Assembly (NCBI RefSeq): GCF_902713615.1
Contig: NC_052171.1
Span: 15,349,952 to 15,413,951 of the forward strand
Direction: 5' to 3'
Length of the DNA: 64,000 nucleotides
Origin: Scyliorhinus canicula
Lineage: Eukaryota
Of this stretch, positions 48,571 through 61,490 are shown one piece after another. Below the pieces are notes generated by a model. It was not told the DNA's origin, did not search any database, and worked only from the letters and a program-made list of their open reading frames with translations. Position numbers and translations under genes: made by a program. How positions within the stretch are numbered: position 1 is the first letter of the stretch; every line of letters starts with the position of its first letter.

Positions 48571-49180
48571 ACCCCGTGCTGTAACTGTCCTGGGGATGTT
48601 TGATGAGGACAGTGTAGAGGGAGATATACTCTGTATCTAACCCTCTGCTGCACCTGCCTGTGGTAGTATGACTAGGGAGTTTACTGTTCCTTAGAACCAT
48701 GCTGCCATTGGTGCAGAAGACTCGCTGCCCATTGACTCAGGCAAGTCATGTGCCTCTCTGCCAATTGGCTGAGGCTAGTCATGTGACTACCCACCAATTG
48801 GCTGAGAGGTTGGTAGCCCCGCCTACTAGGCGGTGTATAAGAACCCGTACCGGCTGGCAGTCAGCCTTTCTCTGTCCGTCTACTGCCGGGCACACATCTA
48901 GTGTATTAAAGCCTGTTGTTTGGAACTACTTCACGACTCAAGTCCAATTGATGGTGCATCACTGCCTGGGAAGTGTTTCATGGGGACAGTGTGGAGATAC
49001 TCTGTATCTAACCCCGTGTTGTACCTGTCCTGGGAGTGTTTGATAGGGACAGTATAGAGGGAGCTTTACTCTGTATCTAGCCCTGTGGTATACCTGTCCT
49101 GGGAGTGTTTGATGGGAACAGTGGAGAGGGAGCTTTACTCAATATCTAACCCCGTGCTGTACCTGCCCTGGGAGTGTTTG
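48571..49180. repeat. ~68-bp tandem repeat array (4-5 units) split by a solo LTR
   Basis: Unit gggacagtgtagagggagctttactctgtatctaaccccgtgctgtacctgtcctgggagtgtttgat. Confidence 0.85.
48659..48961 (+). mobile_element. Solo LTR related to the 35726-40372 Gypsy
   Basis: tgtggt...aattgatggtgcatca, TSD ctgcc (48654-48658, 48962-48966), tataa, attaaagcct. Confidence 0.9.
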
Positions 49181-51990
49181 ACATTGGTACCAAAGATCTA
49201 GGCAGAAAAAAGGATGAAATCCTGAAAGCAGAATTTAGGGAGCTGAGAAGGAGATTAAAAAAGAGGACCCAGAAGGTCTCTGGATTACGTGTGCTGCCAC
49301 GTGGAAGTGAGTGTAGGAATAGGAAGTTAGTCCAGATGAACGCGTGGCTGGGGAAATGGTGCTGAAAGGGATGGCTTTAGATTTCTGGGACATTGGGACC
49401 ACTTTTGGGGATGGTGGGACCTGTGCAAGGTGGACGGTTTGCTCCTGAACCAAAGTGGAACCAGTGTCCTTGCAGGTAGGTTTGCTCGTGCTGTTGGGAA
49501 AGGTTTAAATTAACTTGGCAGGGGCCCGGGATCCTGATAGAAGGTTCACCAGGGATAGATACACAGCCAAAATTAGAAGTGGCATCAAGTCAGGAAGGTA
49601 TAATGTCATGACCAGCTAAGTCAAAGAGGAGTGTGGCAAGATTGGATGGTATTTACTTAAACGCAAAGAGTCTGACGAACAAGGTAGATGAATTGTGGCC
49701 AGAAATTGAAACATGGGGGTATGATGTAATTGCTGTCATTGAGACATGGTTGAGAGAGGGGCATATTGGAAGCTCAATGTTCCAAGACTTAGGTGAGATA
49801 GGGAAGGAGGTAGACGAGGAGGGGGGTGTCACAATTTTTATCAGGGAATCAATTACAGCAGGAAGGAGGGACAACATCTCAGAAGGCTCTTCAACTGAAA
49901 CCATATGCGTAGAACTTTTTTTTTACAAAAGGAGCAATCACCTTGCTGGGAGTGTTCATTAGGTCCCCTCACAGTCTGAGAGAAATAGAAAAGTAGATGT
50001 GTCGGCAAATTTCAGAGAAGGAAAATCCCAATTTGTTTATAAGTACATTAAGGACAAAAGGATAACTTGGGAAAGAGGAAGGGCCCATTAAGGACCACAG
50101 TGGTGATTATTTTGTGGAGCCAGAGGATGTAGGTTGAGTTTTGAATGAATACTTTCTGTCAGTGTTCATGTGTGAGAGGGACAGTGTGGGTATAGAAATC
50201 AGGGAGTCCTTCTGTCATAAAATTGAAGAGATTAACATAGCAGATAGGAGGTTGTGAGTGGTCTGGCAGGCTTAAAAGTAGACAAATAGCCAGGGTCGGA
50301 TGAAATGTATCCCAGGCTGTTGAGGGAGGCAAGGGAGGAAATAGCAGAGGCACTGGCAATTTTCAATTCCTCTCTTGTGATAAGAGAGGTGCCGGGGGAC
50401 TGGAGGATAGCCAATGTGGTACCATTATTCAAGAAGGGAGGAAGGGATAAACCAGGAAACTACAGGCCAATCAATCTAACCTCAGTGGTGGGAAAACTAT
50501 TGGAAGCAATTCTGAGAGAGAATTAATCTGCATTTGGAGAGGCCGGGATTAATCAAGAACGGTCAGCCTGGTTTTGTTATGAGGAGGTCATGTCTGCCCA
50601 ACTTGGTTGAATTTTTCGAAGAGGTGACCAGGTGTGTATATGAGGGAATGGCATTTGACGTAGCCTACTGGGACTTCAGCAAATCTTTTGGTAAGGTCCC
50701 ACATGGGAGACTGATGGCAAAGATAAAAGCTCATGGGATCGAAGGAAATTTGGCAAACTGGATCCAGAATTGGCTGAGCAGCAGGAAACAGAGGGTGATG
50801 GCCCCGGGGAGGGAGGGGGGGGGGGGGGGGGGTTACTGGAAACCTGTGTTCATTGGGGTCTTGCAGTGTTGGGGCCTTTGTGGTTTATCCAAATTATTTA
50901 GATGTGAATGTAGGAGGGTTGATGGGTACGTTTGTGGATGATACAGAAATTGGTGGGGTGGTAAATAGTGAGGAGGATAGCATTCGATTTATAGGAGGAT
51001 GTAGATGGGCTGATCAGGTGGGCTGATCAGTAACAAATGGAATTCAATCCCGATAAGCATGAGGTGATGTAATTGGGCAGGACAAACAAGGCAAGGGAAC
51101 GCATGACAAATGCAGCACCCTGGGAAGCACTGAAGATCAGAGGGGCATTGGTGTGCATGTACACTGGTTCCTGAAGGGAGCAGAGCAGGTGGATACAGTG
51201 GTTAAGAAGGCATTTGGTATACTTGCCTTTATTAGCCGAGGTATAGAGTTTAAGAGCAGGAAGGTTATGCTGAAATTGCATAAAATGTTTGTTGGGCCAC
51301 AGATAGAGTATTGTGTGCAGTTCCTGAATCAATATTATAGGAGGGATGTGATTGCAATGGAAAGGGTGCAGAGGAGATTTACCAGAATGTTGCCTGGGCG
51401 GAAGAGAAATTGGATAGACTTGGATTGTTTTCTTTGGAACAGAGGAGACTGAGGGGGGACATGAATGAGATGCATAAAATTACAAGGGGCATAGAGTAGG
51501 CAGGAAGAAACCCTTCCCCTTGGTGGAGGGATCAAGGACCAGGGGGCATAGATTTAAGATGTCTGTGTGGAGTCTGCACATCCTCCCCGTGTGTGCATGG
51601 GTTTCCTCCGGGTGCTCCGGTTTCCTCCCAGAGTCCAAAGATGTGCAGGTTGGGTGGATTGGTCATGATAAATTGCCCTTAGTGTCCAAAATTCTATGAT
51701 TAACCTAGGACAAAAGTTCGGCACAACATCGTGGGTCGAAGGGCCTGTTCTGTGCTGTATTTCTCTATAAATCTATAAGGAGCAGGGTGGTAGAGGGGAT
51801 GTGAGGGAAAACCTTTTTACCCAGAGGGTGGAGTGAGTTTGGAACTCGCTGCCTGAAAGGCAGAGACCCTCATAACATTTAAGAAGTATTTAGACGTGCA
51901 CTCGTGATGCCAAGTATTACAATATTATGGGCCAAGTGCTGGGAAATGGGATTAGAATAGTTAGGTGGTTGTTTTTGACCAGTACAGACT
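49181..51990 (+). mobile_element. CR1 LINE, 5'-truncated and degenerate (ORF1 esterase end, APE, RT)
   Basis: IGTKDLGRK (SGNH-like), YLNAKSL.NK.DEL...ETWL, WRIANVVPLFKKG..DKPGNYRPINLTSVVGKLLE, DFSKSFGKVPH, EYCVQF. Confidence 0.92.
51559..51777 (+). mobile_element. 5'-truncated V-SINE nested in CR1
   Basis: V core plus a variant of tail A. Confidence 0.85.
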
Positions 51991-51999
51991 CTATTTTTA

Positions 52000-52163
52000 A
52001 AATTTTAAATTTAGAGAACCCAATTATTATTTTTTTTCCAATTGAGGGGTAATTTAGTGTGACCAATAACCTAACCTGCCATCTTTGGGTTGTGGGGGTG
52101 AAACCCACGCAGACACGGGGAGAATGTGCAAACTCCACTCAGACAGTGACCCAGGGCTGGGAT
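52000..52163 (-). mobile_element. V-SINE variant with A-rich tail
   Basis: Partial V core (ctccccgtgtctgcgtgggtttc on minus strand). Confidence 0.7.
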
Positions 52164-53604
52164 GAAAAAAGTGCCTGTGGAATAATCTAGACTTGGGCAG
52201 GCTAGGTTTTGGAGACAAGCCACTAGATGGCATCAGAATGTTGTGGATGATGTGCGTGGGTAGGCATTGCCATGTATATGCAATCAGCTGCTCTATCTTG
52301 CTACAATCAGATCCCCCGTCAGATTGTGAATTAATTCAGGTGGATTCGATCAAATAAGACAATCGGGTATTTGCGTATGTGCTCTGGCATATCTCATGGA
52401 CATCACCCTGCCCTGTGGAAAGACTGGTTTGTCATTTGCCTTTGGACTTAACAGCTGGGGTTGATATTCCGTCGATTCAGCCCTCAGCTGTTTTGTTTGA
52501 TGGGTTCAACTCATAAATTTTCCTCCAGAGTAGAATGGCAGACTGCCTCCACACTTTGCTGTGCCTTTTTCCCTGTATTTTCATGTTTATTGACAGATAA
52601 GGTATCTCTCCCTCACATCTTTGTGACAAATGAATCCTCCGACTGGTTGTTGTTTGCACAGTTTGAGATAATCATTTTTTAGCTTTCATGACTTTGACAA
52701 AGACAAAGAACAGTTTCAGGCACTGAAGACAATACCTTTCTGCTTGACAACTTCTCGACGCGAGCTCCCGCGAGTGAGGACGAAGTCTTGTTCTGGTGTT
52801 GCTTTTAGCTCCTGCTTCAGCGCGTCCTGGCTGTTTGACTGTGAAACTGGTCACCTCGGAATCCACGCTTTCCTTGTGCCAATTTCCCTCAAGGTATTTG
52901 TGGGCGTCACATTGACAAGAGCTCTTGATGCTGACACTAGCGTGGGAGTTGCACCGAGGCACAGGGAATAGCATCTGAAGAAGGCCATTTCACCCTTCAA
53001 GACTGTTCCACCATTCAGTCAGACCATGGCTGATCTCGGGACACCTTATGTGTGGTGTTGAAATGTAACTAGACTGATTGACACTTCTGGGGGAGCAGTG
53101 GAAAGAGACATTCCAAGATCAGTTGAAAAAAAGCATCCCAGAGACACACTGGAAAAATACAGCCATCCTTCAACTGGCAACATTGGGTGTGATGAACGTC
53201 CCCAAACCCCCTCCCCACCCACTGCAAAAGCCCCCGTGTTTTATGGTGGCTTTACATTGGCCGCCGGGAGGATCTTCCAGTCTTGTTGATTTCTATGGTT
53301 GTTTGCTGGCCACACCGCCAGAAACTGTGGGTGTGGGGTGGGTCTTCAGAGGGACTGGAAGCTTCCAGCGGCATGAAGTGCCTGAAACTCAGCCCATGGT
53401 GTCAGGAGAGAGTGGGGGGAAAAAAGATTTTTGGACCTGGCGAAAGGAGCAGAGAAGACACCAAAAGGCCAGGAATGTAGAAAGGTTCAGAATCTGCAAA
53501 AGGCTACTCAAAAGAACAAAGGAATACAGACAAAAAGAAAAACACACACAGGCTGCAGAGAAAAAGGAAAGATGGACAAAGACAGCAAGTGAATTACTCA
53601 TACA

Positions 53605-53912
53605 ATCCTAACAGTGCAGAAGGTAGCTATTCGGCTCATTGAGTTTTCACCAACCCTCCAAAAGAGCACCTCGGCCCACTTCACCCCCGCCGCCTTCCCC
53701 ATAACCCCACCTAACCTGCACGTCTTTGGACACTAAGGGGCAATTTTAGCATGGCTAATCCATACAATATGCACATGCTTGGACTGTGGGAGGAAACTGG
53801 AAACCAATGCAGACACAGGGAGAAAGTAAACTTCACACAGACAGTTACCCAAGGCGGGAATTGAATCCGCGTCTCTGGCGCTGTGAGGTAGCAGTGCTAA
53901 CCACTGTGCCAC
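53605..53912 (-). mobile_element. HE1-like V-SINE, tail type B, diverged
   Basis: Head, core and tail recognisable. Confidence 0.8.
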
Positions 53913-54371
53913 CTGAATGAGTAACATTGGCTGCTGTAACTTTTCTAATGCCAACTCCTGTTGCATTGGACAGTGATGCGTGGTAAATGTGGTGATTTTT
54001 CCACTTCTGATGAAAAAAATGAGATTGCAACAGACTTACTGAACAAGCCTGATCATTGGAGTATCCAAACTGTTAACACTGTTGGAGAGGAACTGCTACA
54101 AAGTTCAAACCATCCCAAATCTAACAAAGAAAAAACACAACAGAGAGTTTAAAAGCCTTGAATGTACATTCTGAATCCTGAATGAATGTTACATATGAAT
54201 GTTACATATGAATGTTATGTATTCAACATTAGAGTTCAAAGAAAAAAATGAAAATTGAATGATATGTCACGGTAGTAACACAGCGACAGAATCATGTGAA
54301 TTTGGAAGCTAAGAAATTATCTGTTTAAGGAAGGCTTAGTACATGCTTGACTCCTGGATGGGAGCAAGTCA

Positions 54372-54658
54372 TCATAAAATTTACAGTGCAGAAGGAGGCC
54401 ACTTGGCCCATCGATTCTGCACAGGCCCTTGGAAAGGGCACCCCGCTTACACCCACACCACCACCCTATACCCGTAAATCCGCCCAACTTTTTGGACACT
54501 ACTATTTATCATGGCCAATCCACCTAACTTGCACATCTTTGAACTGTGGAAACCGGAGCACCCGTAGGAAACTCACCCAGACACTGGGAGAAAGTGTAAA
54601 CTCCACATAGTCACCCGAGGCCGGAATTGAGTTAGGGATCCTGGAGCTGTGAGGCAAC
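54372..54658 (-). mobile_element. HE1-like V-SINE, tail type B
   Basis: Core and tail recognisable. Confidence 0.8.
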
Positions 54659-54659
54659 A

Positions 54660-55370
54660 TGAGAGACTGGTGCGAATGAAAGCAAGAGAAGCATGTTGAA
54701 ATGCGGAAGTTGTGAAACAACAGTGAGAGCACCTTTACGGTAGAGCAGCCCAACTGATGCATTGTGTTGAGAGACGTTCCAAAGAATTGAGCAATCCCAG
54801 ACAAAGGGCAGGTTGCAAATACTGTGGAAGGCACCATGCACAGGAAAAGAAGGACTGCCAGCATGGGGAGATCAGTGTTTTAACCACAAAGGCGTAAAAT
54901 CATTTTGGACTCAAGTGTTTGACCAGAAAAAAGGCGTAATAAGAATGCACAGATGGCCACAGGGGAGATGGCAGCAAGCAAGTCTGATGAAGAACTTTGC
55001 AGGATTGTTCAGTCAAGTCCATAGGCAGCACAATTTGGCACTGTAACGATGATAACCACAGAGAAAAAGTGTCAAGTGGACAAGAGATGTCAGATAGACA
55101 CTGGTGCATTGTTCAACAGAGTGACCTTCACACATCTGCGTGAAGTGACTGAACGTGGTGATCCAAAATCGAAGCCCTCAAAGGTAAGATTGAGGCTCTA
55201 GGATAGCACAAGACTGATACCAAGAAGACAAACTAGTCTGACAGCCTAATTCATGGGAAGAAGGGAGATCACAAGTAAATTCCAGAATATGGATGGGGCA
55301 TTCCACCTCAGCTGAAACAAGCCTAAAGCTTAGGCTGGTGACTCTGAATGTGTCAACCGAATAAGGGCAA
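54660..55370 (+). pseudogene. Degenerate Gypsy gag-protease fragment
   Basis: CKYCGRHH....C.AWG.QC knuckle at ~54814 and CQIDTGA protease motif at ~55088. Confidence 0.65.
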
Positions 55371-56666
55371 CAAAAGATCTTTGAGAGAGGGAGTCCGTAT
55401 TCAGATAAACCACAAGATGGTTGCAAACCACATCAGTGCAATGAGATGCATGAGCTGAAGGTGAATCTTCTGCAGGAAAACGTTCACATTAGAGCTGAAC
55501 CGGAAGCCTCGAAGGGCAAGATTGCAGCTGAGTCTGTACATTTGAAGATGCGTGACAAACCAAAGTCGTCAATGAACCGAGCTGTGCGACATCTGACCCA
55601 AACAAATTTGATGGACAGCACAAAGGTGCCAAGGAGTGAGAGAATGACCCACCATTCCACAAGTGGCACCTCAAAATGGGAGTGGAGAAAACTCAACCAG
55701 ATATGCAGGCGCATCGACAGGCCTATCTGCTCAACGGAAGTGGCTGTTCCTTTACAGCAATTGGATCGTCTTGGGGAAGGGATCTCGCCAGCGAGGATGG
55801 AACTACTGTCAATCCCAGAGGTCCAAGAGTCCCCAACATCTGCAATGGAACAACAACAGTTACCAAGGCAAAAGGGGCTATTGGAACAAAACTCTCTCAA
55901 AGAACATTGCCCAGAAGAACAGTCAATGTGCCAGTGTTGCATTCAGGGACCCAAGACAATGGGCTGTAATTTTGTCCTCCTCTGCGGCGTGTACATTTGA
56001 AGATGCACAACAAACCGAGCTGTGCGAGCTCTGACCAAACAAATTGGAGGGACAGCACAAAGGTGCCAAGGAGGAGAGAATGACCCACCATCTACACCAG
56101 GAGGACGGCTTGCCATTGTCCGGTGGTGGGATTCCGGTTGAATGCCCTCACCGCTGCAAAACCTGCGGTCAGTCAGACCTCTTGATCCCACCAGTGCGAA
56201 CAGCCAGAAAATCCCATCCCATTGTAAGGCATGTGCAGGGACTGGCTGGTAGATCAAACCGTTGTTCACGTGTGAGAACAGTGGGTGTATCGTGGACAGC
56301 AGGATCGTGTATGTGTCTTCTGTTTGACAGAAAAAAAGGGATGTTTGTATCTTTGGTTCAGCATGAAAGGGGGTGTTTGTGCAACATATCTCAAATCACG
56401 AAACTGCATTTTCTTCTTATCCCTTAATTCCAGAACAAAAACCACTCAATCCCAGTTTTGACTATACTCAATGGCTGCATATACACAGCTCTCTGGGCTG
56501 GAGAATCCAAAGATTCACAACCCTTTGAGTGAACAAATTTTCACTCATCTCAGTCTTCAATGGCTGAGCCTTTATGCTGAGACTGTGGCCCCATTTTCTA
56601 CACTCCCCAGCCAATTGTCTACCTTCTGTGCCTCAGGCCGGTTCAGCTCAGTGAGCTGGACATCTG

Positions 56667-57146
56667 AGCTGGGATTCTCCGCCCCCGCACAGGGTCGGAG
56701 AATCCCCGGGGGGGGGGTTGGTCCTGGGGGGACGCGGGGAAATACCACCCGGGGGGGGGGGGGGCACAGTGTCCTGGTGCGTGATCGGGGCCTACCGATC
56801 TGCAGGCGGGCTGGTTTCGTAGGGGGCCGTCTTTCCTCCACAGGGGTCCCCCGTGGGGCTCCGCCATATTGCCTGGGGGCCGGCACGGAGAAGGGAATCC
56901 CCGCGCATGCACGGAAATACACCGGCCGGTCCGCGCATGCGTAAGGTCATGCCGGCCGTACCGCGCATGCGCAAACCCGTGTTGCCCCTTCGCCGCCGGC
57001 TGGAGCAGTGGAGACGACTCCGGCGGTAACCCAGCCCCCTAGAAAGGTGGGAATTCCTCACTTTGGCGGGCTCTTGACGCTGGAGTCGTTGGCGTTGTTT
57101 TCCCGCCGGCATGGGGACATAGCCCTATTTTCAGAGAATCCCACCC
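56667..57146. mobile_element. Harbinger-type MITE nested in a SINE
   Basis: TIR-like tgggattctc / gagaatccca; CpG-rich; host SINE head at 56636-56666 resumes at 57147-57335. Confidence 0.7.
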
Positions 57147-57339
57147 CTGATTTGTGAGGCAGAGCAAGGCCAGCAGTGTGGGTTCATTTCCTGCAATGGC
57201 TGAGGTTATTCATGTAGGCCCACCTTCTCAACTTTTCCCCTCGCCTGATGTGTGGTGATCCTCAGGTTAAATCATCACCAGTCAGCTCTCCCCCTCAAAG
57301 GGGAAAGCAGCCTATGGTCATCTGGGACTATGGCACAAC

Positions 57340-57575
57340 CCTCTCAACCTGGGTGGCAACTTTCAGGGATCTATGTACATGGACACCGAGATCTCTCTGC
57401 TCATCCACACGACCAAGAATCTTACCATTAGCCCAGTACTCTGTATTCCTGTTATTCCTTCCAAAATGAATCACCTCACACCTTTCTGCATTAAACTCCA
57501 TTTGTCACCTCTCAGCCCAGCTCTGCAGCTTATCTATGTCCCCCTGTAATTTGGAACATCCTTCCGCACTGTCGA
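57340..57575 (-). mobile_element. CR1 RT fragment
   Basis: Minus strand reads WQMEFNAERCEVIHFGRNN. Confidence 0.85.
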
Positions 57576-58008
57576 GATGTCTCTGTCTCACCGTTCTCGT
57601 TCGGACCAAACACACCCTGGCCCACATGTGACTTCAAACCCACACAATATGGGTTTCTCAACACTGCCCCCCCCCTCTCTCCCACCCACTGACATGGGCC
57701 CAGCAAGCCACACAGATCAAGGAAAATTAGGGATGGCCTTGCCTGCAACGTCCACGTCCCTTGGATGAATGTTTTTTAAAAAATGCAACTTTTGTCAGTT
57801 TCAGGCATATTTGGGCATTTATCTGCTTCGGAAGGAATTTGATAACCCCAATTGCAAATCCTGGAGCTTTCAAGACTTCAAATATTTCCCTGATACCTGT
57901 TATTGCTACCTCCAGCTATCGTTTCCAGATTGCCGCAATCCTGCACAAATTACAGAGACCACCGTCAAGTCACACACCGTCCAAACTTGACTGTTCCTTC
58001 ATTGTTGC

Positions 58009-58231
58009 TGTAATGACCTCCAATTAGCATTATTGGTTGGCCAATTGGAGTATGAGCTCCCTCAATGATAGCTCATTGAGGGGGCCCATGTAAGCACCTG
58101 TGTGGGCTTTGTGAGGCAGTCTTAAGTTGACTGGAATGCTAGCAGCACTGTTTGGAGCTGCTCTTGTATCTAGTTATTGGCAATAAATATTGGTGTGGTG
58201 ACGGGATTCCTGCCTCCTGTGGATTATTACA
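58009..58231 (+). mobile_element. Short solo LTR
   Basis: tgtaat...attaca termini, AATAAA, TSD gttgc (58004-58008, 58232-58236); absent from the opposite IR arm. Confidence 0.92.
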
Positions 58232-59465
58232 GTTGCTAAGTCCAAATCCTGGAACTTTCTCTGTCTCTGTTGCAGTCGCCTCGCCAGTAAAGGTTCAGCG
58301 GCACATGGACAGGTTATAAAAACTCCTTGAGTACCATGGTGTGGGGAGCTGATTTTGTTTTTAATATAGAATTACTTGCATTGCTGCATTCCAGGGTGAC
58401 ATCTGACATCTCCACCACACCTCCCTTCGAAAGGAGGTCTGCTTGATCATCATTCAAATCCATATCTCCATGAATAAATTTCTTAACATAAAGTTTGTCT
58501 GCACAGACAGCCTAATCATATCATTACATAATGCGCTGCGTTTTCTCGGTACCCAGTCAAGTTATGTCACTCTGAATACTTGATGAACACAAATGACATT
58601 CACCCTAATATGATAAAGGTTTAAACTTCACAACATTGTGCATTTTCAATTAGTGCCATGGTAATAGAATCTTAATGCTAATAATTCCAATGTTGACCAC
58701 AATGAAAGAACGACTCTCATTTAAAGTGGCACCTCTCCATATCTCCTTGTGTCTAATTTTCATAATGAGATACACACATCACAGCTAGTGAGGCTGCAGT
58801 TACTGTGGGCAGGAGCTGTCAAGATCTCCAATCGTTCCCTGGTACCTGTTATCGCGAAACTGATAACGAATGATTGATGGAGACAGGCTACATATCGTAT
58901 TATCATTGGAGTCTGTAAATATTGCAATTGAGTTGCAAAACAGGTCTTCACCTTTATGCAGTTTCACTGAGTGAAGAAGTGGTGCCACTTCAAACCGCTG
59001 GTCGGACCTCTGTCACTGACATCTTGGAAAGGGGCACAGTTGACAACAGCGATGAGGATGAAATGGAATACAATCGAATACCAATCTTAGCTCATTTAAC
59101 AAAATGACTACCGACAAAGATTTGTTAACAACTTGCAAAGGATCTCTTGATTGTGGCACCTGCCACTCAAAAGATACAGTGCTACAAAAGAAGACAAACG
59201 TCGGACTTCACCCAGTAAAAAAATCAATCTTTCATCGATGAGAAGCTATGGCCAAACTAAGCTTATTTATCACTTTAGGGTCCTTGACGAATGATCAGAT
59301 ATATAATAGTTTTTATGGTGACTGGAAGTTTCATTTGTAAGACATACTTCTGTAATGGATGGAGGAAATAATTCACGGAATTCGATGAAGTGTTATTCGA
59401 AAGTCCTGTAACTTCTTTGAATGGCCAGCAGTTCTCCATTTCATCCCGATTGCTGTTTCTTTCTA

Positions 59466-59824
59466 ATCATAGATCATCATAGAATTTACAGTGCAGAAGG
59501 AGGCCATTCGGCCCATCGAGTCTGCACCGGCTCCTGGAAAGAGCACCCTACCCAAGGTTAACACCGCCACCCGATCCCCATAACCCAGTAACCCCACCCA
59601 ACACTAAGGGCAATTTTGGACACCAAGGGCACTTTATCATGTCCAATCCACCTAACTTGCACATCTTTGGACTGTGGGAGGAAACCGGAGCACCCGGAGG
59701 AAACCCACGCACACATGGGGAGGATGTGCAGACTCCGCACAGACAGTGACCCAAGCCGGAATCGAACCTGGGACCCTGGAGCTGTGAAGTCATTGTGCTA
59801 TCCACAATGCTACCGCGCTGCCCC
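59466..59824 (-). mobile_element. HE1-like V-SINE, tail type B
   Basis: Full-length copy in the IR spacer. Confidence 0.9.
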
Positions 59825-61214
59825 ATGTTTCCTTTCCAAGATGTTAGTGACAGAGGGACGACCAGTTGGTTGGAGTGACACGACTTCTTCATTCAGTGAA
59901 ACTGCATAAAGGTAAAGACCTGTTTTGCAACTGATTCCAATGTTTATAGATTCCGATGCATAATACGATATGTAGCCTGTCTCTACCAATCATCCGTTAT
60001 CAGTTTAGCAATAACAGGTACCAGGGAAAGATTGGAGATCTTGACAGCTCCTGTCCACAGTAACTGCAGTCTCACTTGCTGTGATGTGTGTATTTCATTA
60101 TGAAAATTAGACACAGGCAGATATGGAGAGGTGCCACATTAAATGAAAGTCAGTCTTTCATTGTGGTCAACAGTGAAATTATTAGCATTGAAATTCTATT
60201 AACAACATGGCACTAATTGGAAATGCACAATTTTGTGAAGTTTAGACCTTCACCATATTAGGGTGAATGTCATTTGTGTTCAGCAAGTGTTCAGAATGAC
60301 ATAACTTGACTGGAGCCCGAGAAAACGCAGCGCATTATGTAATGGTACGATGAGGTTGTCTATGCAGACAAACTTGTTGATAAGAAATTTATTCATGGAG
60401 ATATGGATTTGAATGATGATCAAGTAGACCTCCTTTCGCAGGGAGGTGTGGTGGAGATGTCAGATGTATGCATCACCCTGGAATGCAGTGATGCAAGTAA
60501 TTCTGTATTAAAAACAAAATCAGCTCCCCGCATCATGGTATACAAGGAGCAGATCTTTATAATAACCTGTCCATGTGCCGCTGAACCTTTACTGATGAGG
60601 GGACTGCAACAGTGCTGTGAGAGAGTTCCAGGATTTGGACTCCGCAACGATGAAGGAACAGTCAATAATAATAATCTTATGTTGTCACAAGTAGGCTTAC
60701 ATTGACACTGCAATGAAGGTACTGTGAAAAGCCAAGTTTAAATTCAAAATTTACATCTTGGTAAAATTACATTTAGCACATCAGATGTACAAGTTTCAAG
60801 TATCATTTCCATCATTATACAAGTCCCAAAGTACCACAATGCAGTCTACATTTTCAAGTCAGGCGTCAGGCTTCCAAGTTTGGATGGCGTGTGACTTGGC
60901 GGCGGTATTCAGTGCTCTCTGAAAGCTGTGCAAGAGTGTGGTGTGCGGCAATCTGGAAACAACAACAGACAGACTGTGCACAACGGGGGGAAATTAGAGG
61001 GAACATTGGTGATATTCGCAGGTGCTGGCTGCCTTTGTTTTACACGGCAGAGTGCATCGGGTTTGGGTGCCTTGATATTAAATCTACCTACCTGCAACCC
61101 TGGTTGCATTATCGACAGTGAACAAGTGATCCAACTGAAGTGTTTAAGGCGAATGGAAAATTTGGTAGGGTAGACAATGAGGAACAAATTCTGCTGGTGG
61201 GTGACTCCAGAACT

Positions 61215-61490
61215 TCTTTAAATTGGAGCTAGATCAGTCCAGGATTGATGTCAGAAAGCATTTCATCCCACAGATGGCAGGGAAATCTGGAACTCTCTTT
61301 TCTACCAATAAATTGTTGGAACGGGCAGTCAACTGGAAAACGGAGATTGATAGTTTTTTTTTGTCAGGCCAGAGTCTCTCTGAGATTGTGGAGCCAAGGC
61401 AGGTGGATGGAGCTATAAGATACAGATCAGCCAGGAAGCAATCAAACAGTGGAACAGGCTTGAGGGGCCGAATGGCCTCCTCCTGTACTC
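61215..61490 (+). mobile_element. CR1 3' fragment (old)
   Basis: RIDVRKHFIPQ...KTEIDSFF and CR1 tail. Confidence 0.7.

Larger units (their letters stand above)
57920..60960. repeat. Long diverged inverted repeat (arms ~57920-59032 and ~59831-60960)
   Basis: Continuous reverse-complement similarity, e.g. atcattcaaatccatatctccatgaataaatttc versus gaaatttattcatggagatatggatttgaatgat. Confidence 0.92.

Noticed and set aside
48571-49180. Repeat array as a CRISPR-like locus
   Set aside because: Units are contiguous with no unique spacers, no cas genes, eukaryotic context
52737-52838. Possible minus-strand exon (SNSQDALKQELKATPEQDFVLTRGSSRREVVKQK)
   Set aside because: Poor polypyrimidine tract and no recognisable homology
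53078-53611. 177-aa ORF
   Set aside because: Non-ATG start; spans a MITE-like fragment and purine-rich low-complexity sequence
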